A model generated the notes under the pieces. That model worked only from the letters and a program-made list of their open reading frames with translations. It made no database searches and was not told where the DNA came from. Positions 14,148 to 25,900 of a stretch of DNA of 64,000 bases are shown here, piece after piece. Position 1 is the stretch's first letter. Each line of letters starts with the position of its first letter. Origin of the DNA: the human T2T-CHM13v2.0 reference genome, Homo sapiens; assembly GCF_009914755.1 (NCBI RefSeq), contig NC_060929.1; one strand, written 5' to 3'. The translations under genes were made by a program, and so were the position numbers.

Positions 14148-14480
14148 CATGCTGAGACCCGGAGAAGCTGTTTAAAGGAGGGAGAGATGCAAACTGAATC
14201 CATTTTCCTTGTGACCGAGTCGGATGCAGCCTCCGAACCCAACATCAGCAGTGGCTGCCGGTTTTTTTTTTCCCTCTGTCTCTGGTTGGCGATGGTGCGA
14301 ATAGGAACCACCCTTCCAGCCCCACTAGAGTATCAGCAATAGAGGCGGCGGCGGCGGCAGCAGCAGCAGCAGCAGCATCACCAGTTGGGCCTCCTCCCTC
14401 TCGGAGGATGGGGTGAGCTCGGAAGCAGCCAGGAACTTGCAGCAGACACCTCCTCTGGCTCCTCCTCTCTCTCTCCCCCT
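14148..14480 (-). other. JAKMIP2: First exon (5' UTR) of a minus-strand gene, most likely JAKMIP2; intron 1 runs off the left end of the window
   Basis: Local GC/CpG enrichment and a strong donor GCATG|gtgagt at 14148/14147; ~42 kb from the SPINK1 3' end in the same orientation, matching recalled 5q32 gene order. No coding exon in the window confirms the name; TSS approximate. Confidence 0.75.
14344..14376. repeat. Compound trinucleotide repeat (GGC)5(AGC)6, i.e. (GCT)6(GCC)5 on the transcribed strand
   Basis: Direct reading: ggcggcggcggcggc agcagcagcagcagcagc. Confidence 0.97.
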
Positions 14481-14720
14481 CCCCCAGTGCCCCACCCCTG
14501 CTGCGGTAGAGGCTGCTGGCCCGGCAGCTGCTGGTTGCCATGGCAATGACCAATGATAAGCGACCAAGCTCAGGGGGAGGGGAGATGGGCGAAGCAAGCT
14601 GCAGGGTCTGGAGGGGAGTGAATTTGTGCTGCTGCCCTCTAGGATGCTCTTGATGTCTCCTACCCTGAACTCCAGGTCTTTTTAAAAATGGGGCAAGGGG
14701 GGCTAGGCACGGGGAGAGAA
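14480..14720 (-). promoter_or_regulatory. GC-rich promoter with E-box (14525-14530), RFX X-box (14534-14547), CCAAT (14550-14554) and GA/GC boxes
   Basis: cagctg, gttgccatggcaat, ccaat and gggggaggggag are directly visible. Confidence 0.7.
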
Positions 14721-15839
14721 TAATTAAAATTTAATTGAAATCTAGATAGAAACATACCAACGGCTTAGCTATTTTTTGCATTTTCTGTGGTTTTCCAATA
14801 AAAAGTATGAAATTTATTATCAGAAAAATAACAACAAATGTGGAGAAAATTATGTCGCATAATAGCAGATTATTATTACTTCCAAACGTGTTCGTCCTTT
14901 ATAGCATCTTTTACTCAATACCAGGCAACAAGGTTTTTAGAAAGCAAACGGAGTGGCTGGACTTTGTAATAAATTAAGAGTCTGGTTGATTCCTTTGCAC
15001 TACTCCCGGCTTGTTCTCAGGTGAGTTACTTGGTTTCACTGTTTTTCCAGCTACCCTTCTGAACAGGACTTGGAGGTAATTGACACATCCCTGAGGAAAA
15101 GTAAGTTTGGATAGAGACCGAAATTCCTTTCAACAACCACTATTCTCGGTAGCACAAGTTGGTGGACAGTTCCCAATCTTTTTAGTGTCAAACTCCTGGA
15201 GCATTCAATTTCCTGCAGGCAATTCCTGTCGTTTTCATGGATGCCTTTTTGGAGTTCCGAAGTCAGTTGGCAGTCAGGGTGGTGGGCAGGAAAAGGGGGA
15301 AGTGAAATCAGCAATGTCCAGTTCTAGGCGAGTTCTGTTTCTAACTATAAATTATAGATGACACCAGTATTTATCTCGTGGAGGGGTTGTAAAGATTGAA
15401 TGAGATAATGCACTAAAAGCACTTGGCATATAGTAAGTGTACAATAAATATTTACTATTAGCAGCATAGTAGTACATTGCAGCCATCTCTTAATCTAAGG
15501 GTTTAAGGGGAATAACATGGCAATTTCAGGTAGGAGAAAAAATTAAGATGAGAAAATCCAAAGTACGTAATAACCATGATGATGATGGCAAAGACAGAGA
15601 GGCCCTAAGAGATTAAGTGTTCTCTACATCTTGATATTTGAGGACATTGTAAATCTCAGAGGAGTTAGATACATTTCCCAAATTCACAACTGATAAACGA
15701 CAGAACCGGAATCAAAATGGACTCTTCTAACACTTACATTTGCTCTCCTAACCACCACACTTTTCTGCCACTCCTCCATAAAATGGAAATAATCTTTGTT
15801 CTTAATCCACAGAGTTATTTACAGGTTCAAATGGGTTTA

Positions 15840-16065
15840 ACACAAGTTCCAGAGTCAGACGATCTAGGCTCCATTCCTAGCGCCAGTATTTACTATAGGT
15901 ATAATTTGGAACATATTTATTAACTTCCTCAAATCTATGTTTCTTCATCTGTAAAAAGAAATAATCACAGAACCTCATGAGTCATTACAAAAATTAAACT
16001 AGATGACGTGTGTAAAATGTACGGTCTTTAGCAGATAGGAAATGTTCAATAAATGTAGCTACAGT
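15840..16065. mobile_element. MIR SINE (one of many; others near 690-850, 2860-3080, 17715-17890, 21000-21180, 44310-44470, 52590-52790, 59930-60140, 60320-60550)
   Basis: MIR core-like text gagtcagac...tttcttcatctgtaaaa...aataaatg. Confidence 0.65.
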
Positions 16066-17914
16066 TACTTGTTACTCATTTGTAAGTAACTAATATTAAA
16101 ACATGAGAAGACTTTTTCCTGCATGGTGTCACTCTTAATGTCAGGGGCTTCTTCTAATAAAACTGGCTTGAAGATAACTAGGTGATGAGGAAAGAGTTGC
16201 AGCAGTTCCCCAGCACGTGACACTGGCTTTCCATCCACTTGGTGGGAAAGCCTGCAACCTCCTTTGTGCAGCTAGTGTCCCCTGCCTTCTGTCAAAGTCT
16301 CAGCAGCCACACAACCTGCACACACTTCCAAGTCAGCATCACCTATGTGTAATGTGTAACATAAAGGAATGGGATGTGATCATCTCGCTTCTTTTTGTAT
16401 TCCTGTATTTTATCTTCTGCTTTCTCTGCAGAGATGTTCTTGTAAGTAAGCAGACCAGGAAGCTGCAGGCTGTAGAAGTTATGACACACTAGATGACAGA
16501 ACCCTCCACACTGTCCTCGGGACAGCATTTCATCCTTAGCGCTAGGAGCCAAATGTCTAGGGGTGGGTGATTCTAGTTTTTCCTCTCCTCCCATCAACAT
16601 AAAACAGCTGGTCAAGAGTCAATTGGTAAGAGAAAAGTTTGGTGTTTCCTATCTGAAGAAGTATCCAGTTTAACCATTCAAATACAACTTACTCATTTGT
16701 TTTTGGTCACGTCCAGGCAGCACTGTTATCATTATTTAATAATAGTTTTCCCTTATTTGCTTTAATTATTTATGATTTACTTGATTTGCTATTTATTCAT
16801 TTTTTAATGAAATGTTTCTCTGACTTCAGCAAAACATAAATGAAAATTGACATGGTAAAGATAATGGACCCATATGAAGGAAACGAAAACAAATTCTTAA
16901 TTTTTTTAGTAAAACAAAGACTTCAACTTTATTTATAATAATTTTTAATTTAAAAAGAAACATTAAAACTCTCACCTCTCTATTACCATCCCCTCTCATA
17001 CCATGTTCTATTTTTCTATATACTATATATAAAATTAATATGAATAATATACTATGGGATAATATAACATTGCTTAATGTGGCATGCTATACTATAATGT
17101 GTACTGTATTGTATATTAGTAATATACTGTATTATTCCCTATTAGAATGTAAACTACGAGAGGGTAGGGATTTTTATTTCTGTGTTTTTTTGTGAATGGT
17201 GTCTGGGCCATATTAGGTGCTCAATAAATATTTGTTGAAGAATAGACCAGTAAATAAATAAAAGAATAACTATCTGCATTGAATCATGGCTCTGTAATTT
17301 ATATATATATAAAAAAATAAAATAATACATATAGTATCATTTGTTCAGATATATTGTTGATATTTCTCATAATTACTTAGATAATTATACTAATTACCTC
17401 ATCTAGCACACATGCATATTAACGTAATGTTTATCTGACACAGATTTTAAAAATACACAGTTATGAAAGTAAACATGTTTGCTCACGTATGTTCGAAGTC
17501 ATCTAACATGTCCTCAGTGGGTAGGCATGGTGTTCTTTGGGAAACCCTGATTTTCTTCTAAGAGCTTCTTGGCCAATAGTACTAATTATGACCAAACTGT
17601 CTGCCTCTCCTGGGACTTTTACAACTTTGACTTCTGAATTCTGTGGGATGTCTGAAAAAGTACAGGGTATGGGTCTTGGCTCCAAAAGTGGCATTAAAAT
17701 TTCAGGAGATACCACAGCATAATGGGAGGAAGCTGCAAAGTGTGGGCTCTGGAGACAGACTACCTGGATTGGGTCCAGGCTTTACCATTTCTTTTCTGAG
17801 TGACCTTGGACAAGTTGCTTTATTCCTCTGTGGCTCAGTTTCTTTATCTGTGTGACATGATAGCAGTACCTACCCCACTGAATTATTGTTCTGAGGGATT
17901 TGTTTGCACCTTGA

Positions 17915-18110
17915 AACATCATTTATTATCTCATAGTGTTTGTGGGGCAGAAATCTGGGAGTGGCTTAGCTCAGAGCTTCTGGCTCAAAGCCTCTCATGA
18001 GGTTGTAGTTTAACAGTTGGCTGTGGTTGCCATCTCATATGAAGGCTTGGCTGAGTTAAGTGAGTCCAAACTCACTCCTAGGGTTGTTGGAAGTCTTTGG
18101 TCCCATTGAG
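17915..18110. mobile_element. MLT1-family LTR fragment interrupting a MIR
   Basis: catttattatctcatagtgtttgtggggcagaaatctgggagtggcttagct...tctcatgaggttgtagt is typical MLT1. Confidence 0.6.
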
Positions 18111-19879
18111 TCGTTTTTGAAGTTTTTGTGTGCAAAATGTTAAGGAGTACCTGGCACGTAATAAATGACAAGTCATATCAATATGGTTATAAACACAATT
18201 TTATTAACTATGGTTATGCCTAGCACATTTTTCTGGATGTTTCCAAAGCACTCAGATCACTTGGGGTTATTCTACAAGCTTGCTGTTAATGGCTGCAGAC
18301 CAGCTGTCAACAGATAATGAGGAATTCTGGAGACGCTTATGTCACACTTAGTCAAAAGCCTGATTTCCCCCAAAAAGGGGGCAAAAACAAAGGCATTCAT
18401 AAGTGACTGTTGTTTATCCCCTGCCTCCTTTATAAAGGATTATTAATATAGTATACATTTATATTAATATAGTAATACATTTACAGAGAACATTAAATGT
18501 AAGCAGTAAGGGTCTTCTTGAGTTTGCTAAGAATAAAGGATCTCATTCTGACCTCACTGTATGTCCTTTATCAATAGTATCAGTAAGCAAATATATTAGA
18601 AGAACTCTGCTATGAACTCTACACTCTTATGGCCAATGATCTTACAGATGACTCCTTGCATAACAAGTAGACACTTCTGTGTTTGCTCAGTCCATTTCCT
18701 CTTGAGGTTCCTTTGTTGCCTCAATTCTTCAACCTTTAAAATGTATCCATCAACTCCTTCAGGGGATCTTCACTGATACCAGGGTTAGCATTGTACTGTG
18801 ACACATCCTAACTACACTTAACACGGTGAATGGTAAATATTCTTTCCTTTGTCTTTCTTATTTTAGTGCAAGCCTTTGAGGTCAAGGTTAAAGTTCATCC
18901 ATTCATTTAATGTTACTTAATCTAAGAAATGTTTATTGCTAGTTTCTATTGTGTGCTGTTACTAGGTACCAGAGATGTAGCTGTGAGTCAGGTAGCATGA
19001 GAACTCCCCTCATGGAGCTTATAGTCTAAGAGGAAAGAGAGATTACATAATTACTTAAAATAAATTATGTTGAGCACTACAATAGAGAAAATCAGGCAGC
19101 TCTGACAGCAGATAAAAGAAAAGTATAATGTAGTTTGGAATCCCAGGGAAGATATTACTGGAGAGATTGTGGGGTGAAATGGAAGCAGGTGATATGGAAT
19201 ACGCATGTAGGTCCTGATATATGAAAGAATATGGCATGCTGCTTAAATGTTGTTTAATCCTAATACCTAGCACAGAACATGGCACCCATTATGTGCCACC
19301 TACATGTTTGTCAAAATAATCTGGCTTCTCCATCTCCCAACACACGTAAACACAGAACTTCTTTCTTCCATTTTTCTTCTGTTAATTTACTAAGGGGATT
19401 AGGGCTTGTCAATAGCTATGGAGCTGACAAGCTGTATGAGATAAGAATGAATGAAAACAGGCTGAAGGATTAATTCTTCTAACAGTAGAAAAAGAGGTAT
19501 GATGCTCACAGTAACTACTGCTGCATTACAGATTTATTAAGTAAGATTTACATGATAATACAAACTTTTGCTCTGAGGCTGAAATGAGAAGCAGTTTTTC
19601 CCTTTCAGGTCCTGGACAGTTGTATATTACCATGGGAGATAACACATGGGCTTAGGTTACAAAAAAATCAGGGACACCAAAGAAATGAGAAAACTTCTGT
19701 TTCAATGACCTTTTCCAAGATTTTACAATCAGAAATTCTACAAATAAAAGCCAGTTTAATTTCAGTGTATGTATAAGTTTTATTGTAACTTTAGTTTTTA
19801 TTTTTAGTCATTTATGGGAAGCACCATAATTTTCATAATTTTTACAATGCTTAAGGACTCAAAATGTCTTATTACATCA

Positions 19880-20590
19880 CTGGGAGTAGAGAACATGAGC
19901 CAGAGAGTACAATAAACACATCATTGCACAGAGAAAAAACAGACATAGCTTTTCCCCTGTGGAGCTCAGAGTCAAATGTGTGGGATAGCCAAAGAACAAA
20001 AATCAAATCACTAAAATAGTAGCAAATTTTCACAAGTACTATGAAGCAAGGAAAGAAAGGATGAAGAAGGACTGAGGGTAGGGAAAACGAGAGTGACTCA
20101 CTGAGGAGTGACATTCAAACTGAGAAATGACATTTGAATTATGCCAATCACGTAAGAGCTGAGAAAAGAGAGTTTCATGTGGATGGATGAGCTCTGAAGA
20201 GAAAGTTAGGAATGAGAAATACTTTTGAAGGCTGAAATATGGGAGCAAGGGTGAAATTGGCATGAGGGGAAGTTTGGAAGGTGGGCAGGGGTCAAATCAT
20301 TCAGCACCTTGTAGCCCACTGTAAGTTAATTGGAGTTTCTTAATTGCAATGAATAGCCATTGCAGAATTTAAATTTGGTTTAAAGCATTGTGGAATGAAC
20401 TGGTGGTGGGTGAAAGTGGATGCAGTTAGCATGCTACAATAATCTAGGCCAGAGATGATACCTGTTAGATTAGGGTGGATATGGAGAAAATTGGACTGTT
20501 TCAAATGCATTTTAGAGGTAGAATTCTGGGGATTGCTGAGGGATTGGCTGTTAGGGTTGAGGGAGAGGGAGGTGTCAAGGATTACTTCTA
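19880..20590 (-). mobile_element. L2 LINE fragment
   Basis: Purine-rich L2 3' antisense motifs (ctgtggagctcagagtc, ggccagagatgat, tttagaggtaga, ggaggtgtcaaggat). Confidence 0.65.
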
Positions 20591-23331
20591 AGTAGACAAC
20601 TAACTTCTTTCATTTGGAAGCATACGCTGTCAAGGTTCAGTTATTACCTTCTGTAATGAGTAAAGGCCTCAGAGCACTGGCTCTGGGAAAATGTGGGGAA
20701 ACTTAAGGGTGTTCTAAATGCTCAACTTGTGGGACTCCTTTTTGTGCCTCCCCAGGTTTAGTGCTTTTGAGAATCAGGCATGAACAACTTGTCAGTGGAT
20801 CAGGCAAACCATCACTGAGCTTATGCTACTGCAATGAAAGCAACTTGGCTAAAAAGGGCAGGTGAGGCCCTGGATTTTCGTTCAGAAAATTCCCAAGGAC
20901 CTTAGAAGTGGGTTGCCATAGGAAACGGCCTTCCTCTATCCACTCAGAATGCATTTTCTCCCACAGCTAGCTTGGCCTCTTCCTCGATCACACTCCTGAT
21001 CCTGTTACCTTCTAACCATGAGACCTCGTAACTATATCTTCTGTGCCTCATTGTCCTCATCTATGAGGCCAGGATAATAATTGCCTTTGCTATTAAGCGG
21101 AGATGTAAATGAACTATGTTTGTAAAGACCTGAGCACAAGTCTGGCATGTAGAAGGGTCTCTTTAGTGCCAGCTATTCTATTACATAATGCCCTTCCCTG
21201 GATCTGAATATTTCTTATGAAAGCCTTGAGGGCCTTAGTCTTTTCCTTCAGGACCCCAGGTGTTTGAACATTTTTCTTAATACCTCCCACCTCAAGACCC
21301 CCAAATAATCTTTTAGGTACCTCAAACAGCTAAGTACTTATTTTCCTTTGAAAGACATGCCAGGTACAGAGAGACTGATGGACAAAAGGGTTGCCGGAAT
21401 GTGGCATTTACAGATTTCATGATCTGTCTCACATGTTTATGAGCCAGCTTTCTGGCTGATAAACTCATATCCTGTATTTACATTTTATTACTATTTGATT
21501 TCTTTCTTACAGTTGATCCAAAGTGTGAAATTGGGAGCCTGGAGCTTGCCAACACTTCCATGTTAGAAAAAATGTACAATGAAAGAGTTTGAGTTTTGTG
21601 TTTTGTGTTTTGTGTGGCTTTTTGTTTTGTTTTGTTTTGTTTTCCCTGCCAAGGACACAAAACCTTGTGAGCTAATCTCTGAGATCTCTGTGTCCGCTCG
21701 CTGCCCCACTGCCTCCTCATGGGACATTTTGCTTAACATGTCCTTGGCTTTAGCTACTGCTACAAGCTGAAGGTCTTTCTCATGAGATGCCTGAAACTAG
21801 TGGGTTTATTCCTGAATTAAGGCTTTGGAAGAAAGGCAGGGCCAAGCCAAGAGGGAAGGATTTAGACTTCAGGGCAGCAGATTTCCTCATATTAACTCTT
21901 TTAAACCTCTTTTACCCTAAGTCCAAATTCCTTCTTGTTTCTCATCATCCATTTCTCTTTCTAATACATTTCTGAATTCTTAATAAAACTCCAATCCATT
22001 TCTCAAATAAATCTATTAAACTCTTAACTCTGGCTGAAGTATAATTCTCAAAATGGCACTACCAGGATCCTTAGGCAAATGCAAAATGAACTCATGTCAA
22101 TTATTTTAATTAATTAATTAATTAATGAGGTGTTAAAACTGACCCAAAGTACATTTGAGAAATTAGATTTTTATAGAAAATGTACAAATAAGAGGACAAG
22201 AGCAAGTTTACTTGTACAACTCACTTGTGCTTCAAGCTTGAGATAAAATTTTATACGTATGATTGATCTAATTTACGACTTTGAATAAACTAAGCCAGTG
22301 ATTGACTTTTTGAGGTCATGATAGCCAGCCTTTGCATCACCTGAATCAACAGATTAATGAATATTCATCTCTTTTCTTATATCTGTGAGAAACCTCACAC
22401 TGGATGTTAAGGACACTATTATCTGATCCTGAAGTCGGAGAAATACAATTTCATACCCTTTCTTCTAACTTTCTTTGGTCTTGCCAGATTGGGTTTTAAA
22501 CCCATCTGCTGAAACACAATATGGCCAAAGTTAGATATTGGAGTTCTTGTTTCAGCAATGTTCATCTCTCACAATATCCTCCCATCTTACAGCTATATAT
22601 TTATGACAAAGAGATACATAACCAAAATATAGAGGGCAAAAAAGGATAATGGATGTAAACAATGCTTTCAGGTAGACTATGCACTGGATCCTGAGCCTCT
22701 CTTGACCCAGTGACACTGGGGGGTGTGAGGCATGCTGTACTCTGTGTGGAAACTGAAAGATCCCTTCTATTCAACGCATTCACACACTAGGGCCCAAGAG
22801 ATCCTGCTTTGACAACTCTTCCAGAAGAAGGTGAAGAGGATTGTTCCTACCTCACTCACAAAGGTTAACATACAGAGGAAAGAGCTTTCTCCTTCTCTAA
22901 AAGAGCATAAAGTAGAGGTGAGAGTGAATTCTTTTTACCTTGAAAGAGACTGCTAAGCATTTTGATCTGACAAGGACTGGGGACATTGGTGGCCAGGGTG
23001 AATGGGCCGACCACTGTGACATGGAGGAGATGAGGACTCCTGCAGGGTGACAGACCATGTGTGAGGTGCTTGAGAAGCAACAGCAGCTGCGTGCTTAGTG
23101 GCGCCGAAGAAGGGCAGGTCCTTACACGCAGAGGCCAGAGGCTGCTGCACTGATTCTTAAGCTCATATAATAAACTTCTTGGGGACTTTAAGAGAGATAT
23201 CGAAGTGGAAGATGTGGAGGGCAGTTAGGGAATATATGCTGCAGGAATGTGGTCTTTCAGTGTGAATATCTCCTTCATTCATCCAGATGAATCAGGGTTT
23301 GAGATATGAGGTTATATAGCAAATAGTTGGG

Positions 23332-23621
23332 TTTTTGTTTTTTGTTTTTATAGACAGGGTCATTCTCTGTCACCCAGGCTGGAATGCAGTGGCACAATCA
23401 TAACTCACTGAGGCCTTGAACTCCTGGACTCAAGCAATCCTCCTGCCTTAGCCTCCCAAGTAACTGGGACTACAGGCATGCACCACTGTGCCTGGCTAGT
23501 TTTTAAACAATTTGCAGAGATGGAGTCTGACTATGTTGGTTAGGCTGGTCTCAAACTCTTGGCCTTAAGTCATCCTCCCATCTTGGCCTCCCAAAGTGCT
23601 GGGATTATAAGCATGAGCCAC
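23332..23621 (-). mobile_element. Alu (AluJ-like)
   Basis: T-rich tail then tctgtcacccaggctggaatgcagtggc...cctcccaaagtgctgggatta. Confidence 0.96.
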
Positions 23622-24024
23622 TCAAATAATTCTTGGTTAAATTCCTTATCCAATCTTTTATATCTTCCTTGCCAACAGGTAAGCCGAGTGTGCTGTAGAA
23701 ACAGCGCAGCGCCGTGCTACGTCCCTATCATTTTACTTTTCGTGCTTCATTGCCTCTATGTTAGAGCGCATTGGGACAGTGGCAGAAAATACAGACGGTT
23801 TTATTTGTACAATTTGCTCATGCCTATATTTCCTGTTAATCCTATGGTTTGTCTTCATAAAAGAGAATTTCTTGAAACAGGAAGAAAAAGGAATTTTTGC
23901 TTCATAAATTCCCCTTGATTTGTCTAGAGTTGTCTGGCAGAGGTCTTCACAGCTCAGTGCTCAGAACTTCATGCTTCTCCTCTGTTCAACAGAACTGTAA
24001 ACTCTGCAGACCCTGCTTCTCTAG

Positions 24025-24603
<579 letters not shown>

Positions 24604-24944
24604 TTGACTGTTCTGTTATTACACCATCTTCTTATCTCCTGAAAGGCCTCGTGTGTAATAATGCTATGAATAGTGAATTTACCCTTCCTTTTCAGCCTAC
24701 CATATTATTCTAGGTGAGGCTTTCAAAGTCACTATATTAGGTGCAAATTAACACTGAGTGAGAAAAATGTCACTGCTTTCTGCATTTCCAAACAGCTCAA
24801 TTTCCAATCCTTCCTTATTTTACATATAGTCACTGAGTAAGTGGAGACCCAGAAAGGAGGAATAGGTTACATGGCTTCATTACTATTTTCCCCAGATTCC
24901 CAGAAGCTGTGATCTGCCTTTGTAACATGGAACAATTTTTTTTT

Positions 24945-25900
24945 AGCATTTTTATTTTATTTTATTTTATTTTTTCTTTTTTTTATTATTATTATACTTT
25001 AAGTTTTAGGGTACATGTGCACAATGTGCAGGTTAGTTACATATGTATACATGTGTCATGCTGGTGTGCTGCACCCATTAACTCGTCATTTAGCATTAGG
25101 TATATCTCCTAATGCTATCCCTCCCCACTCCTCCCACCCCATAACATTCCCCAGAGCGTGATGTTCCCTTTCCTGTGTCCATGTGTTCTCATTGTTCAAT
25201 TCCCATCTATGAGTGAGAACATGCGGTGTTTGGTTTTTTGTCCTTGCGATAGTTTACTGAGAATGATGATTTCCAATTTCATCCATGTCCCTGCAAAGGA
25301 CATGAACTCATCATTTTTATGGCTGCATAGTATTCCATGGTGTATATGTGCCACATTTTCTTAATCCAGTCTATCACTGTTGGACATTTAGGTTGGTTCC
25401 AAGTCTTTGCTATTGTGAATAGTGCCACAATAAACATACATGTGCATGTGTCTTTATAGCAGCATGATTTATAGTCCTTTGGGTATATACCCAGTAATGG
25501 GATGGCTGGGTCAAATGGTATTTCTAGTTCTTGATCCCTGAGGAATTGCCACACTGACTTCCACAATGGTTGAACTAGTTTACAGTCCCACCAACAGTGT
25601 AAAAGTGTTCCTATATCTCCACATCCTCTCCAGCACCTGTTGTTTCCTGACTTTTTAATGATTGCCATTCTAACTGGTGTGAGATGGTATCTCATTGTGG
25701 TTTTTATTTGCATTTCTCTGATGGCCAGTGATGATGAGCATTTTTTCATGTGTCTTTTGGCTGCATAAATGTCTTCTTTTGAGAAGTGTCTGTTCATATC
25801 CTTTGCCCACTTTTTGATGGGGTTGTTTGTTTTTTTTCTTGTAAATTTGTTTGAGTTCATTGTAGATTCTGGATATTAGCCATTTGTCAGATGAGTAGGT
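24945..25900 (-). mobile_element. 5'-truncated young L1PA element (~950 bp): ORF2 C-terminus, 3' UTR and poly(A)
   Basis: ORF 25279..25860 is the L1 ORF2p C-terminus ([20 protein letters not shown]...[19 protein letters not shown]); canonical 3' UTR tatactttaagttttagggtacatgtgcac. Confidence 0.98.

Noticed and set aside
14245-14553. 102-aa poly-Ala ORF as a real gene
   Set aside because: Its ATG lies inside the promoter X-box, probably upstream of the main TSS, and I recognise no homology; kept only as a conditional uORF.
25279-25860. 193-aa ORF, the longest in the track
   Set aside because: L1 ORF2p C-terminal fragment of a truncated retrotransposon, not a host gene.
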